Assembly: GCA_964391325.1 (NCBI GenBank)
Contig: CAYMJM010000004.1
Coordinates: 1 to 60,083 of the forward strand
From: an uncultured Candidatus Saccharibacteria bacterium
GTDB taxonomy: Bacteria; Patescibacteriota; Dojkabacteria; B142; JAFGMG01
Length of the DNA: 60,083 nucleotides
Reading direction: 5' to 3'
Position numbers and translations under genes: made by a program. A model generated the notes under the pieces. It was not told the DNA's origin, did no database searches, and was given only the letters and a program-made list of their open reading frames with translations. Positions 47,484 to 55,493 of this stretch are shown here, in pieces. Every line of letters begins with the position of its first letter. Within the stretch, counting starts at the first letter, position 1.

Positions 47484-49097
47484 TTATAGGATATCTCTGA
47501 CGAAATCGCCGACAAATCCCAACCATATATCTTTAAGAATAATTAACACACTGAATACAATGATCGTAGTAAAGGAAATTTTTGCTATTCTTTCCTGAGT
47601 CTTGAGAGAGATGGGACTACCCTTAATTTTCTCAATAAACAAAAATAGGACTTGCCCTCCATCTAATAAAGGAATAGGCAAAATATTCATAAAAGCTAGC
47701 GCCACACTAATCAATCCGACTAAATTAATTATATTTTGATAATCCCGATTTACAACTAGGACATTCAACTGCTCTCCTACACCCCACACACTGCTTACAG
47801 ACTGCGAAGCTAATTCTACATCTCTTGTTTCAAACGAGATGGCAATAATTTCTGCCAAAGCTGCAGGGTTATATCCAAAAATGTTTATTGTATGAAATAC
47901 CCCGGCCATCAATTTATTATCTGAGTAATCCAAGTAGTACAGAGGAATTTCTATAGGAGCATTAATTTGAAATTGAGCACCCAGTATCGGTTCATCTCCT
48001 TGCTTTGGTTGCAAGTGCACATATAGGTCTTCTATGCCACCCTGGCTGTTTAAAACTGTAAATTTTAATTCCTGTCCCGCCTGTTGCTCTAGATAATCTA
48101 CAAACTCCTCTGCGTCCTGATAAAAAACCTCAGCATCATTAATAGATAATAAGATATCTCTAGGCTTAATACCGGCTCTGCTAGCTGGTAGGCCTTCTAA
48201 GGTATTTGAAAAAACTACTTTATTCTGCAAGCCTGGATCTATGTTCAAGTCAAACCCAGTTGAATTCAGAACTAGGCTATCAGTCCGAACTTTCCCCTCA
48301 TTCAAATAAATATACTCTACCAACACATTTTCTTCCTCTATGCTATTCCAGATATCGTGGAAATCTGCTGTATCTTTAATAACACGGTCGTTTACCTTCA
48401 AAAGTATAATTCCTTGATTTTCCTGACTGGTATAGAAATTACTATTTTTTAGAATATCGCTATACACTTGGGCAACTACGGGCTTATCATATACTTCTCC
48501 CTCTGTCCCTATGAACGGATAACTTGTTATATAGGTAATATTTGTTTTAAAGTCACTGAAAGATAAATATAGAGTAAAAATGAATACTGCTATGAACATA
48601 TTCATTAATACTCCAGCTACAAACACGAATAGCTTTTGGAAGAAGTTTTTTTTATCGAAACTATTTGGATCTTGTGTGAGTAAGTACTTGTAAATATATT
48701 GAAGTAGCGCTGCCTTTTCTTCTTCCTGAAGGTCATATTCCCTTACTTTTCGAATTTTGCTTAACAAGCTTCCTTTACCAGCACCTATATGTTTCAATTG
48801 CTCTTCATATTTAGCAATCTCTTCTTGAGAATATTTATGTGCAGACACTCTTTGGAAGCTCGAGGGATCTTCATCCCCCAAAATTTTTACATATCCCCCT
48901 AATGGCAATAAATTGATTCTGTACACTGTCTCTTTATACTTTTTTGTCCATAAAGCTTTTCCGAATCCAAAAGCAAACTCTTCAACTTCAACTCCTATTA
49001 ATTTTGCTGCAATAAAATGGCCAAATTCGTGGACAAAAACAAGAAGGCCAAGTATAAAAAGTAATAACAAAAGAGTAATTATTATATCGATAAGCAT
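47484..49097 (-). CDS. rseP: RseP-like M50 intramembrane metalloprotease with PDZ domains
   Basis: HEFGH, LLPLGGYVKI, AGVLMN, PDZ (LPASRAGIKPRD), NILPIPLLDGG. Confidence 0.96.
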   Translation of the reverse strand: MLIDIIITLLLLLFILGLLVFVHEFGHFIAAKLIGVEVEEFAFGFGKALWTKKYKETVYRINLLPLGGYVKILGDEDPSSFQRVSAHKYSQEEIAKYEEQLKHIGAGKGSLLSKIRKVREYDLQEEEKAALLQYIYKYLLTQDPNSFDKKNFFQKLFVFVAGVLMNMFIAVFIFTLYLSFSDFKTNITYITSYPFIGTEGEVYDKPVVAQVYSDILKNSNFYTSQENQGIILLKVNDRVIKDTADFHDIWNSIEEENVLVEYIYLNEGKVRTDSLVLNSTGFDLNIDPGLQNKVVFSNTLEGLPASRAGIKPRDILLSINDAEVFYQDAEEFVDYLEQQAGQELKFTVLNSQGGIEDLYVHLQPKQGDEPILGAQFQINAPIEIPLYYLDYSDNKLMAGVFHTINIFGYNPAALAEIIAISFETRDVELASQSVSSVWGVGEQLNVLVVNRDYQNIINLVGLISVALAFMNILPIPLLDGGQVLFLFIEKIKGSPISLKTQERIAKISFTTIIVFSVLIILKDIWLGFVGDFVRDIL

Positions 49098-49107
49098 AAG
49101 ACAAGGA

Positions 49108-49132
49108 ATTTTAACAACTTTCTATTGTAGCA
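49108..49132 (-). promoter_or_regulatory. Two candidate extended -10 elements upstream of rseP (TGCTACAAT, TGTTAAAAT)
   Basis: 49124-49132 and 49108-49116; the proximal one would give a nearly leaderless mRNA. Confidence 0.4.
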
Positions 49133-49143
49133 CAGAAATATAA

Positions 49144-49701
49144 CTAAACCTGCATTAAATCCTTTTCTTTCTCAGCTGAAATCAGATCGACCTGCTCATT
49201 AGCACCGTCAACTTTCGATTGAAGGACTTTTTCTTGACGTTTAAGTTCGTCTTCAGACAAAACACCCTCAGCTTGTGATTGCTCTAACCCATCAAGGACC
49301 TCTTTTCTGACCTGGCGGATTGAGATTTTAGCTTCCTCTGCTTTTTGTCTAAGTACTTTAACGTATTCTTGGCGTCTTTCTGCAGTAAGAGGAGGTAGAG
49401 GCAATCTAATAATTTCCCCATCAACTACCGGTGATATCCCTAGATCAGCGTTAATCAGAGCTTTTCGAATTTCATCAATAATAGTCTTATCCCAAGGCTG
49501 AATAATAAGTAGAGTAGCATCAGCGACGTTTATATTTGCTACCTGGGTTAGTGGCATCGATTGACCATAGGCTGCAACCTTTACGTCCGCAACTAGATCT
49601 GGATTAGCCCGCCCGCTTCTTAGTTTCGATATCTCACCCTTAAAATAATCTAAAACTTTGCTGAACTCTTGATCAGACTGATTTAGTGTTACTCGGGCCA
49701 T
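49144..49701 (-). CDS. frr: Ribosome recycling factor
   Basis: LRSGRANP, AYG..L.QVANI, IQPWD, LPPLTAERR, AKISIRQVR. Confidence 0.98.
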   Translation of the reverse strand: MARVTLNQSDQEFSKVLDYFKGEISKLRSGRANPDLVADVKVAAYGQSMPLTQVANINVADATLLIIQPWDKTIIDEIRKALINADLGISPVVDGEIIRLPLPPLTAERRQEYVKVLRQKAEEAKISIRQVRKEVLDGLEQSQAEGVLSEDELKRQEKVLQSKVDGANEQVDLISAEKEKDLMQV

Positions 49702-49743
49702 TAAGCTAAGGATAATAAATAAATTAATGAAAACTTATTTTGC

Positions 49744-50355
49744 TTAATTAAGTCCAGAACAACTACTTGGTCCCGCAATCTCAAACCTCACAAATCTACC
49801 AATTTCAATCTTCTCTCCTATGGCGGCGATAGCTTCATTCAGCACGTCTTTTACTTTTTTACTGTCATCTTTTACAAAAGGTTGCTCAAGAAGAACTACC
49901 TCTTCATAGAATTTAGTTAATTTGCCCTCTAAGATCTTTTCCTGAACCTGCTCTGGCTTCCCTGCCAAGTCTTTTTTGTACACTTTCTTTTCTTCTTCGA
50001 GTTTTTCTGCCGAAATATTCTCTATAGATATATGCTCTGGACTGGCTGCAGCTACATGTAACGCAAGATCATGTGCTAACTCTCTAAATCTTGCATTTCG
50101 GGCTGCAAAATCAGTTTCACTATTTAATTCAAGAAGAACTCCAACGTGCCCGTCACCATGGATGTAATGAGCTATAAACCCATTATCTGCAGAACGACCA
50201 GCTCTTCTAGCTGCTTTAGCAATTCCTTTTTCCCTCAAATATAGTATTGCTTTTTCTGTATCTCCCTTTGAGCTTTCCAGGGCTTCTTTTACTTGCTGTA
50301 TTCCAACACCAGTTCTCTTTCTTAACTCTTTTATTTGTTCTAGCGTAACTGTCAT
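49744..50355 (-). CDS. tsf: Elongation factor Ts (short form)
   Basis: IKELRKRTGVG, LREKG, LELNSETDFAAR, LALHVAA, EGKLTKFYEEVVLLEQPFVKD. Confidence 0.98.
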   Translation of the reverse strand: MTVTLEQIKELRKRTGVGIQQVKEALESSKGDTEKAILYLREKGIAKAARRAGRSADNGFIAHYIHGDGHVGVLLELNSETDFAARNARFRELAHDLALHVAAASPEHISIENISAEKLEEEKKVYKKDLAGKPEQVQEKILEGKLTKFYEEVVLLEQPFVKDDSKKVKDVLNEAIAAIGEKIEIGRFVRFEIAGPSSCSGLN

Positions 50356-50380
50356 AATAAAGTTTTAATATCTATATAGT

Positions 50381-51496
50381 TTAACTATTCTTAATTTCCT
50401 CCACCCCTTTGGGACCTATTCCTTTGATCTCAAGTAGATCCTCTTTTCTCATTTTCTTGGCCTCTGACAATTTTATTTTAGCATCTTTTAATGCACTTTT
50501 TACCCTATCACTTACTTCTTTTTTCTTTGGTTTCTTGGCTATTTGCTCATTTTGCCTGCCCTGCTCTTCTTTAGCTTTCTGAACACGCTCTAAAATACCC
50601 TCACCTGTGGGCTTTTTCGCTTGTACTGACTCAACTTTGGTGATGATAGCTTCCTGTTCTTCTGTCATTTCGTCTGGGTACTTTGTCAATTCGTCTTTGT
50701 CAGACTTCCGGATCTCTACTTCATACTTTGAGTAGTCAGTAAATACATGTTTAACACCTTTAGTATTGTTTCCTTGCTTCACTGCTTTTGCAAATAAACT
50801 GAAGAGTAGCTGAATAGATGATATTGCATCATCATTGCCAGGGACAGGGTAGTTAACAATATCAGGATCACAGTTAGTGTCGACAATTGCAACCACAGGT
50901 ACACCTACTAGTCTTGCTTCGCGTACTGCATTTTTTTCATATTTGGCGTCAAGGACTACCACTGCCGTTGGCTTAGATTCCATAGACTTAACTCCTTCGT
51001 AAAGCCTGTTCAATCTTTCCCATTCTTTCTTCATTCTTGAAATTTCAAATTTCGTTCTACCTTCTATACCAGCTTCAAATGCCTCTTCTAAAGTAATAAG
51101 CTTTTTCAAACTTCGTCGTGTGTAGTTGAAGTTAGTTAGAAGTCCTCCAACCCATCTATGTATGATAAAGTATGCTCCAGCGTCCACTGCCATATCCTTG
51201 ATAATATCTCTTGCCTGTCTTTTCGTTCCCACAAAAAGAACTGTGCCTCTAGAAGATGCTTCAACAAGAAATTTTAGAGCTTTTACCAACTCTTCGAAAG
51301 TTTGACCGACATCAATAATATGCAACCCTGCCCTGTCAGCGTAAATATATTTACTCATCTTAGGATTCCATCTTTTGGTCTGATGCCCAAATTGCACACC
51401 TGCTTCAAGAAAGTTAACTGCTTCAGGCATGTCAAAATTAAAATTCATTGATTTGCTGATAGGCTTCACAGCTTCGGGAGATTTATTTTCTGCCAT
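50381..51496 (-). CDS. rpsB: 30S ribosomal protein uS2 with long C-terminal extension ending in an alphaCTD/HhH-like domain
   Basis: FLEAGVQFGHQTKRWNPKM, LFVGTKRQA, RWVGGLLTN, VDTNCDP, PGNDDA; tail VSDRVKSAL..EDLLEIKGIGPKGVEEI. Confidence 0.97.
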   Translation of the reverse strand: MAENKSPEAVKPISKSMNFNFDMPEAVNFLEAGVQFGHQTKRWNPKMSKYIYADRAGLHIIDVGQTFEELVKALKFLVEASSRGTVLFVGTKRQARDIIKDMAVDAGAYFIIHRWVGGLLTNFNYTRRSLKKLITLEEAFEAGIEGRTKFEISRMKKEWERLNRLYEGVKSMESKPTAVVVLDAKYEKNAVREARLVGVPVVAIVDTNCDPDIVNYPVPGNDDAISSIQLLFSLFAKAVKQGNNTKGVKHVFTDYSKYEVEIRKSDKDELTKYPDEMTEEQEAIITKVESVQAKKPTGEGILERVQKAKEEQGRQNEQIAKKPKKKEVSDRVKSALKDAKIKLSEAKKMRKEDLLEIKGIGPKGVEEIKNS

Positions 51497-51528
51497 TCTT
51501 TGAATACCTTATTTTAATAAATTAAAAA

Positions 51529-51580
51529 CCCTCCCCATCTTAATAAGTGTTAGTTACAGGTATAACAAGACGGGTGTTAA
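51529..51580 (-). ncRNA. Putative S2/t44-like rpsB 5' leader RNA
   Basis: AACAC-CCGUCUU..AAGAUGG-GGAGG; CCCGUCUU (51574-51567) pairs with AAGAUGGG (51541-51534); inner GUUAU/GUAAC hairpin. Confidence 0.55.
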
Positions 51581-51589
51581 TGTATTTAA

Positions 51590-51598
51590 ATTATATCA
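51590..51598 (-). promoter_or_regulatory. Extended -10 promoter (TGATATAAT) of rpsB-tsf-frr
   Basis: Perfect TGnTATAAT just upstream of the leader. Confidence 0.65.
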
Positions 51599-51604
51599 TT
51601 TATT

Positions 51605-51982
51605 CTATCTTCGATACAAATATCTATAGCTCAACATCGCATCTAAAGCATCTTTGAATTCTTCTGCTTCATAGTTTTCCAAATTTTTAACTTCAAAAAG
51701 AACCTCTTTACCATCCAGTCTATGTGCACCTACAGAAGCCCTTTTTCTTCCTTTCTTGATATAGATAGCTCCTACATCCATAGCACTATATGTCTCCCTA
51801 TTTTCCCCTGACCCGATAAAAGGTCGATATTCCAAAGAAATCCGATTTGAATAAACTTTTATGGTAAGCTTAGTGAAAAATATAGATCGGTTCGTCTCTA
51901 GCTCAAAAATAACACGAGCTGGATCTTCTGCTATGTTAGAAATATTGTTTGAAGTTACAACTTCATCTATGATTTCCATCAT
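51605..51982 (-). CDS. Hypothetical protein, possibly PH-like beta domain
   Basis: 125-aa ORF; beta-strand pattern LTIKVYSNRISLEY..IYIKKG..VLFEV followed by a C-terminal helix. Confidence 0.65.
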   Translation of the reverse strand: MMEIIDEVVTSNNISNIAEDPARVIFELETNRSIFFTKLTIKVYSNRISLEYRPFIGSGENRETYSAMDVGAIYIKKGRKRASVGAHRLDGKEVLFEVKNLENYEAEEFKDALDAMLSYRYLYRR

Positions 51983-52077
51983 ATAACAAATGCCTGATAG
52001 GGTTATTATTTAATATAACGAAGAATATATAACAGAATCACTTATATATAGAGGAGCTATCGTACATTTATAGCAAA

Positions 52078-54315
52078 TTAATTAATTCCCAGCTCTTGTT
52101 TCTTTCTATTAACTTCTTTCTTATTAATTCGCTTTATTTCTTTTTTATTAGGGTAGTCAGGATGAGCCCAAAACTCACCAAATCTCCCTCGTTTCAGGGT
52201 CATATATTCTCCGTCCTGGGTTTTTGGAGGTTTACCATAAAGACTAACAAAAACCTTATCCTGATATTCTAATGGCCTTGCATCCTTTACTTTAGGATAA
52301 TCAGGGTGAGCCCAAAACTCACCATACCTTCCCTGTTTTAATAAATAGTCTCTGCCATCCTCAGTCTTAGGTGCAGGCTTGTACTTTTCAAGAAATTCCT
52401 TGCTTTGAGCCTTAGTTTTATAATCCTCATCAGTCCCTCCTATACTCATCATACCCTTACACTCAGGCCACTTTGAACAACTGTAAAATCTGCCATACTT
52501 CCCTAATTTTATATTCATACTAGATTTACAGTCTGGGCATTTAACTTCCTTAGGAGCTGCCTCCAGAACCGTATAGTTTCCTCTATCTATGCTCTTCTCC
52601 TTCTTACTCAAAGTTCTCTCAAATGGTTTGTAAAATGCGCCTACAATCTTTGTCCAATTCTTTTTGCCTGAGGCAATCTCATCCAAATCGTCTTCCATGT
52701 TAGCCGTAAATTTAACATCAACCACCGCTGGAAAATTATCTTCTAAAAACCTAGTCACTACAAATCCCATATCTGTAGGAACAAAATACTTTCCCTCTTT
52801 TTCTACATAGCGTCTCTGAAGAATTGTAGAGATGATAGATGAGTATGTTGAAGGCCTTCCGATTCCTTCTTTTTCCAGTGTCTTAATTAATGTAGCTTCT
52901 GAGTATCTGGCAGGAGGTTGCGTGAATTTCTGTATAAGCATTAATTCATTTAACCCTACGATATCTCCCTTCTTGAAATCCTTAATAATCACTTCTTTAG
53001 AATAGTCTTTATATAGTTTCATAAAACCATCAAATTTGATTTTCTGCCCTTTTGCCTCGAATCTATACTGTCCAATATCTATTGTGACTGTTGTAATATC
53101 AATCTCAGCATCACTCATTTGAGAAGCTAGAGCGCGCTGCCTAATCAGCTTATATAATTTTCTTTCGTCAATGTTTTTAATTATTTTTTCATCAAATTCA
53201 AAGCTGGTAGGCCTTATTGCCTCATGTGCTTCCTGTGCGACCTTTGACGTCGTTTTATAAAACCTCGGTTTTTCAGGAAGGTATTTATCTCCATATTTTA
53301 TTTGAATATAGCTTCTTGCTTTCTCAATTGCTTCTCTTGATAAAGAAATAGAATCCGTACGCATATAGGTAATTTGTCCCTGTTCATATAGCTTCTGTGC
53401 GAGTTGCATAGTCTTTTTAGAAGAATACCCTAAAGCACCTGCAGCAGCCTGCTGTAACGTGCTTGTTTTGAATGGTACTGGAGGCCTCCTGATAGAAGCT
53501 GAATTCTCGACTTTTGAAACAATCCAGGTTTCACTAACTACAAAATCAGCTATCTCCTGCGCCTTATCTTGACTCTTGATATTCGGATTTTTCCCTGCAA
53601 CTTTCACTAAACTAAATTTAGTTCCTACTTCGTCATCTAGATTAGATTGACTCTTATCTTCACTTTTAATAATGCTGACCTTTGGAACTTTATTAGTAGG
53701 ATCTACGACAAAAGCCTCAACATTCCAGAATTCCTCAGACTTAAACTCCTGCCTCTCTCTCTCTTTATCTACAATTAGCTTCACTGCTACCGATTGAACC
53801 CTACCTGCAGAAAGCCCAAAACTAATCTTCTTCCAAAGCAGCGGTGATAATTTATAGCCTACTAGACGATCCAGCACACGTCTAGCCTGCTGAGCATCAA
53901 CCAAATTCATATCAATACCTCGAGGGCTCTCAATTGCCTTTCGAATTGCACTTGCTGTGATTTCTCCAAAGACTATTCTTTCCAGTTGCTTGCCTGGCTT
54001 AACTTTACCTCCTTTATCAACTACTCCCAATTTCTGTGCTATATGCCAACCAATCGCTTCTCCTTCGCGATCTGGGTCAACGGCAAGCACAAGTGAATCC
54101 TTGCCTCCAAAGGCTTTTTTTAAATCTTTAATAACCGCCTGTTTAGTAACTACGTATTTTGGATGATAACTTTGCTCTACATCCACACCCAACTCCTTCT
54201 TAGGCAAATCTACAACATGACCTTTTGAAGCTTTTACCTCATAACCTTGGCCTAAATATTTTGTAATTGATTTTACTTTAGAAGGTGACTCAACTATCAC
54301 CAGTCTTTTACTCAT
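52078..54315 (-). CDS. topA: DNA topoisomerase I
   Basis: LVIVESPSK, ASKGHV, DPDREGE, AQQARRVLDRLVGY, SAGRVQS, ITYMRTD, QEAHEAIRP, GIGRPSTY; one C4 Zn ribbon plus two Cys-less ribbons. Confidence 0.99.
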   Translation of the reverse strand: MSKRLVIVESPSKVKSITKYLGQGYEVKASKGHVVDLPKKELGVDVEQSYHPKYVVTKQAVIKDLKKAFGGKDSLVLAVDPDREGEAIGWHIAQKLGVVDKGGKVKPGKQLERIVFGEITASAIRKAIESPRGIDMNLVDAQQARRVLDRLVGYKLSPLLWKKISFGLSAGRVQSVAVKLIVDKERERQEFKSEEFWNVEAFVVDPTNKVPKVSIIKSEDKSQSNLDDEVGTKFSLVKVAGKNPNIKSQDKAQEIADFVVSETWIVSKVENSASIRRPPVPFKTSTLQQAAAGALGYSSKKTMQLAQKLYEQGQITYMRTDSISLSREAIEKARSYIQIKYGDKYLPEKPRFYKTTSKVAQEAHEAIRPTSFEFDEKIIKNIDERKLYKLIRQRALASQMSDAEIDITTVTIDIGQYRFEAKGQKIKFDGFMKLYKDYSKEVIIKDFKKGDIVGLNELMLIQKFTQPPARYSEATLIKTLEKEGIGRPSTYSSIISTILQRRYVEKEGKYFVPTDMGFVVTRFLEDNFPAVVDVKFTANMEDDLDEIASGKKNWTKIVGAFYKPFERTLSKKEKSIDRGNYTVLEAAPKEVKCPDCKSSMNIKLGKYGRFYSCSKWPECKGMMSIGGTDEDYKTKAQSKEFLEKYKPAPKTEDGRDYLLKQGRYGEFWAHPDYPKVKDARPLEYQDKVFVSLYGKPPKTQDGEYMTLKRGRFGEFWAHPDYPNKKEIKRINKKEVNRKKQELGIN
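52163..52324. repeat. Direct repeat within the topA C-terminus (18-bp identical core, 144-bp period)
   Basis: TGAGCCCAAAACTCACCA at 52163-52180 and 52307-52324, encoding G(R)xGEFWAHPDYP twice. Confidence 0.9.
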
Positions 54316-54351
54316 AATTTTTCAATTTTTAATTTTTAACTCTAGCATTAA

Positions 54352-55437
54352 TTACTGACCAATACAAAATTTCCCTAATTCGTTTCTATAAATTAACCCC
54401 TTTGTTTCCATAATAGACAAAGAGGCTAACAAATCTGCAGCTGGGATGTCAAACTTAACCAAAATTTGGTCTTCGCCCAAAGAGTCGGCAGTTAGTATGT
54501 CATATATTCTTTTTTCAATTTCTGTCATAGAGTTGACATCTACCTGCTTTTGCTTTGATTTAAACAGTCCCAATGACTGAAGGACATCATTGGGACTTGA
54601 GGCCAGACAGGCTTTATTCAATTTAATCAGTAAATTTGTCCCCCTAGAACCTTCCCTCCTAATATCTCCAGGCACAGCGAAAACATCTCTATTTTCTTCA
54701 AAAGCAAACTGAGCCGTAATTAGTGCCCCACTTCTTTCGCCTGCTTCAATTACTACCACCGCTTTGGATAGTCCAGCTATTATCCTATTTCTATATACGA
54801 AATTAGCAGGGAAGATTTTTTGAGTTACATGGTATTCTGTTAGTACCAGACCTTGCTCTGATATCTTTTTAAATAGATTGTAATTTAAATAAGGAACAGG
54901 ATTCGATAGAGGAGATCCTAATACAGCAATAGTATCAAAATTACCAACTAATGTTTTTTCATGCACTACCGCATCAATACCTAAAGCCATGCCACTTACT
55001 ATTACAACACCAGCATTTCCTAACCCCCGGACAAAATCCGCAACAATCACTGCTCCATAACTAGTTATTTTTCTGGTGCCCACAACTGCAACACTTAGTT
55101 TCCCCAACAAAGATTTGTCCCCTACATAATAAAGCACAGATGGAGGAGAATGAACTTGAGATAACAAAAAAGGATAGTCCTCCTCACCGTAAACAATGTA
55201 ATTAATTCCATAACGTTTTAAGTCTCGGAGAATCTTCGCTATATCAATTTCGTAACATTCATTTTTAAACTTTAATAATAATTCGTTACTCATTCTGTTG
55301 TAACTTGATAATTCAGCAGTACTTTTCAAAAAATTCTGGACACTGCCAAATTTCTTTAAAATCTGGATAAAATACCTTGACCCCATTCCCCTAACAAGAG
55401 AAAGCCGTAATCTGAATAAACGTTCCTGTGGATCCAT
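54352..55437 (-). CDS. dprA: DNA-processing protein DprA
   Basis: YPFLLSQV, VAVVGTR, IVSGMALGID, FVYRNRIIAGL, EAGERSGALITA, RDVFAVPG; C-terminal winged helix. Confidence 0.97.
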   Translation of the reverse strand: MDPQERLFRLRLSLVRGMGSRYFIQILKKFGSVQNFLKSTAELSSYNRMSNELLLKFKNECYEIDIAKILRDLKRYGINYIVYGEEDYPFLLSQVHSPPSVLYYVGDKSLLGKLSVAVVGTRKITSYGAVIVADFVRGLGNAGVVIVSGMALGIDAVVHEKTLVGNFDTIAVLGSPLSNPVPYLNYNLFKKISEQGLVLTEYHVTQKIFPANFVYRNRIIAGLSKAVVVIEAGERSGALITAQFAFEENRDVFAVPGDIRREGSRGTNLLIKLNKACLASSPNDVLQSLGLFKSKQKQVDVNSMTEIEKRIYDILTADSLGEDQILVKFDIPAADLLASLSIMETKGLIYRNELGKFCIGQ

Positions 55438-55493
55438 CAGAGACAACTAAAATATCTCTTTATACACACAAGAGCTTAAAAAATCATGAAAAA

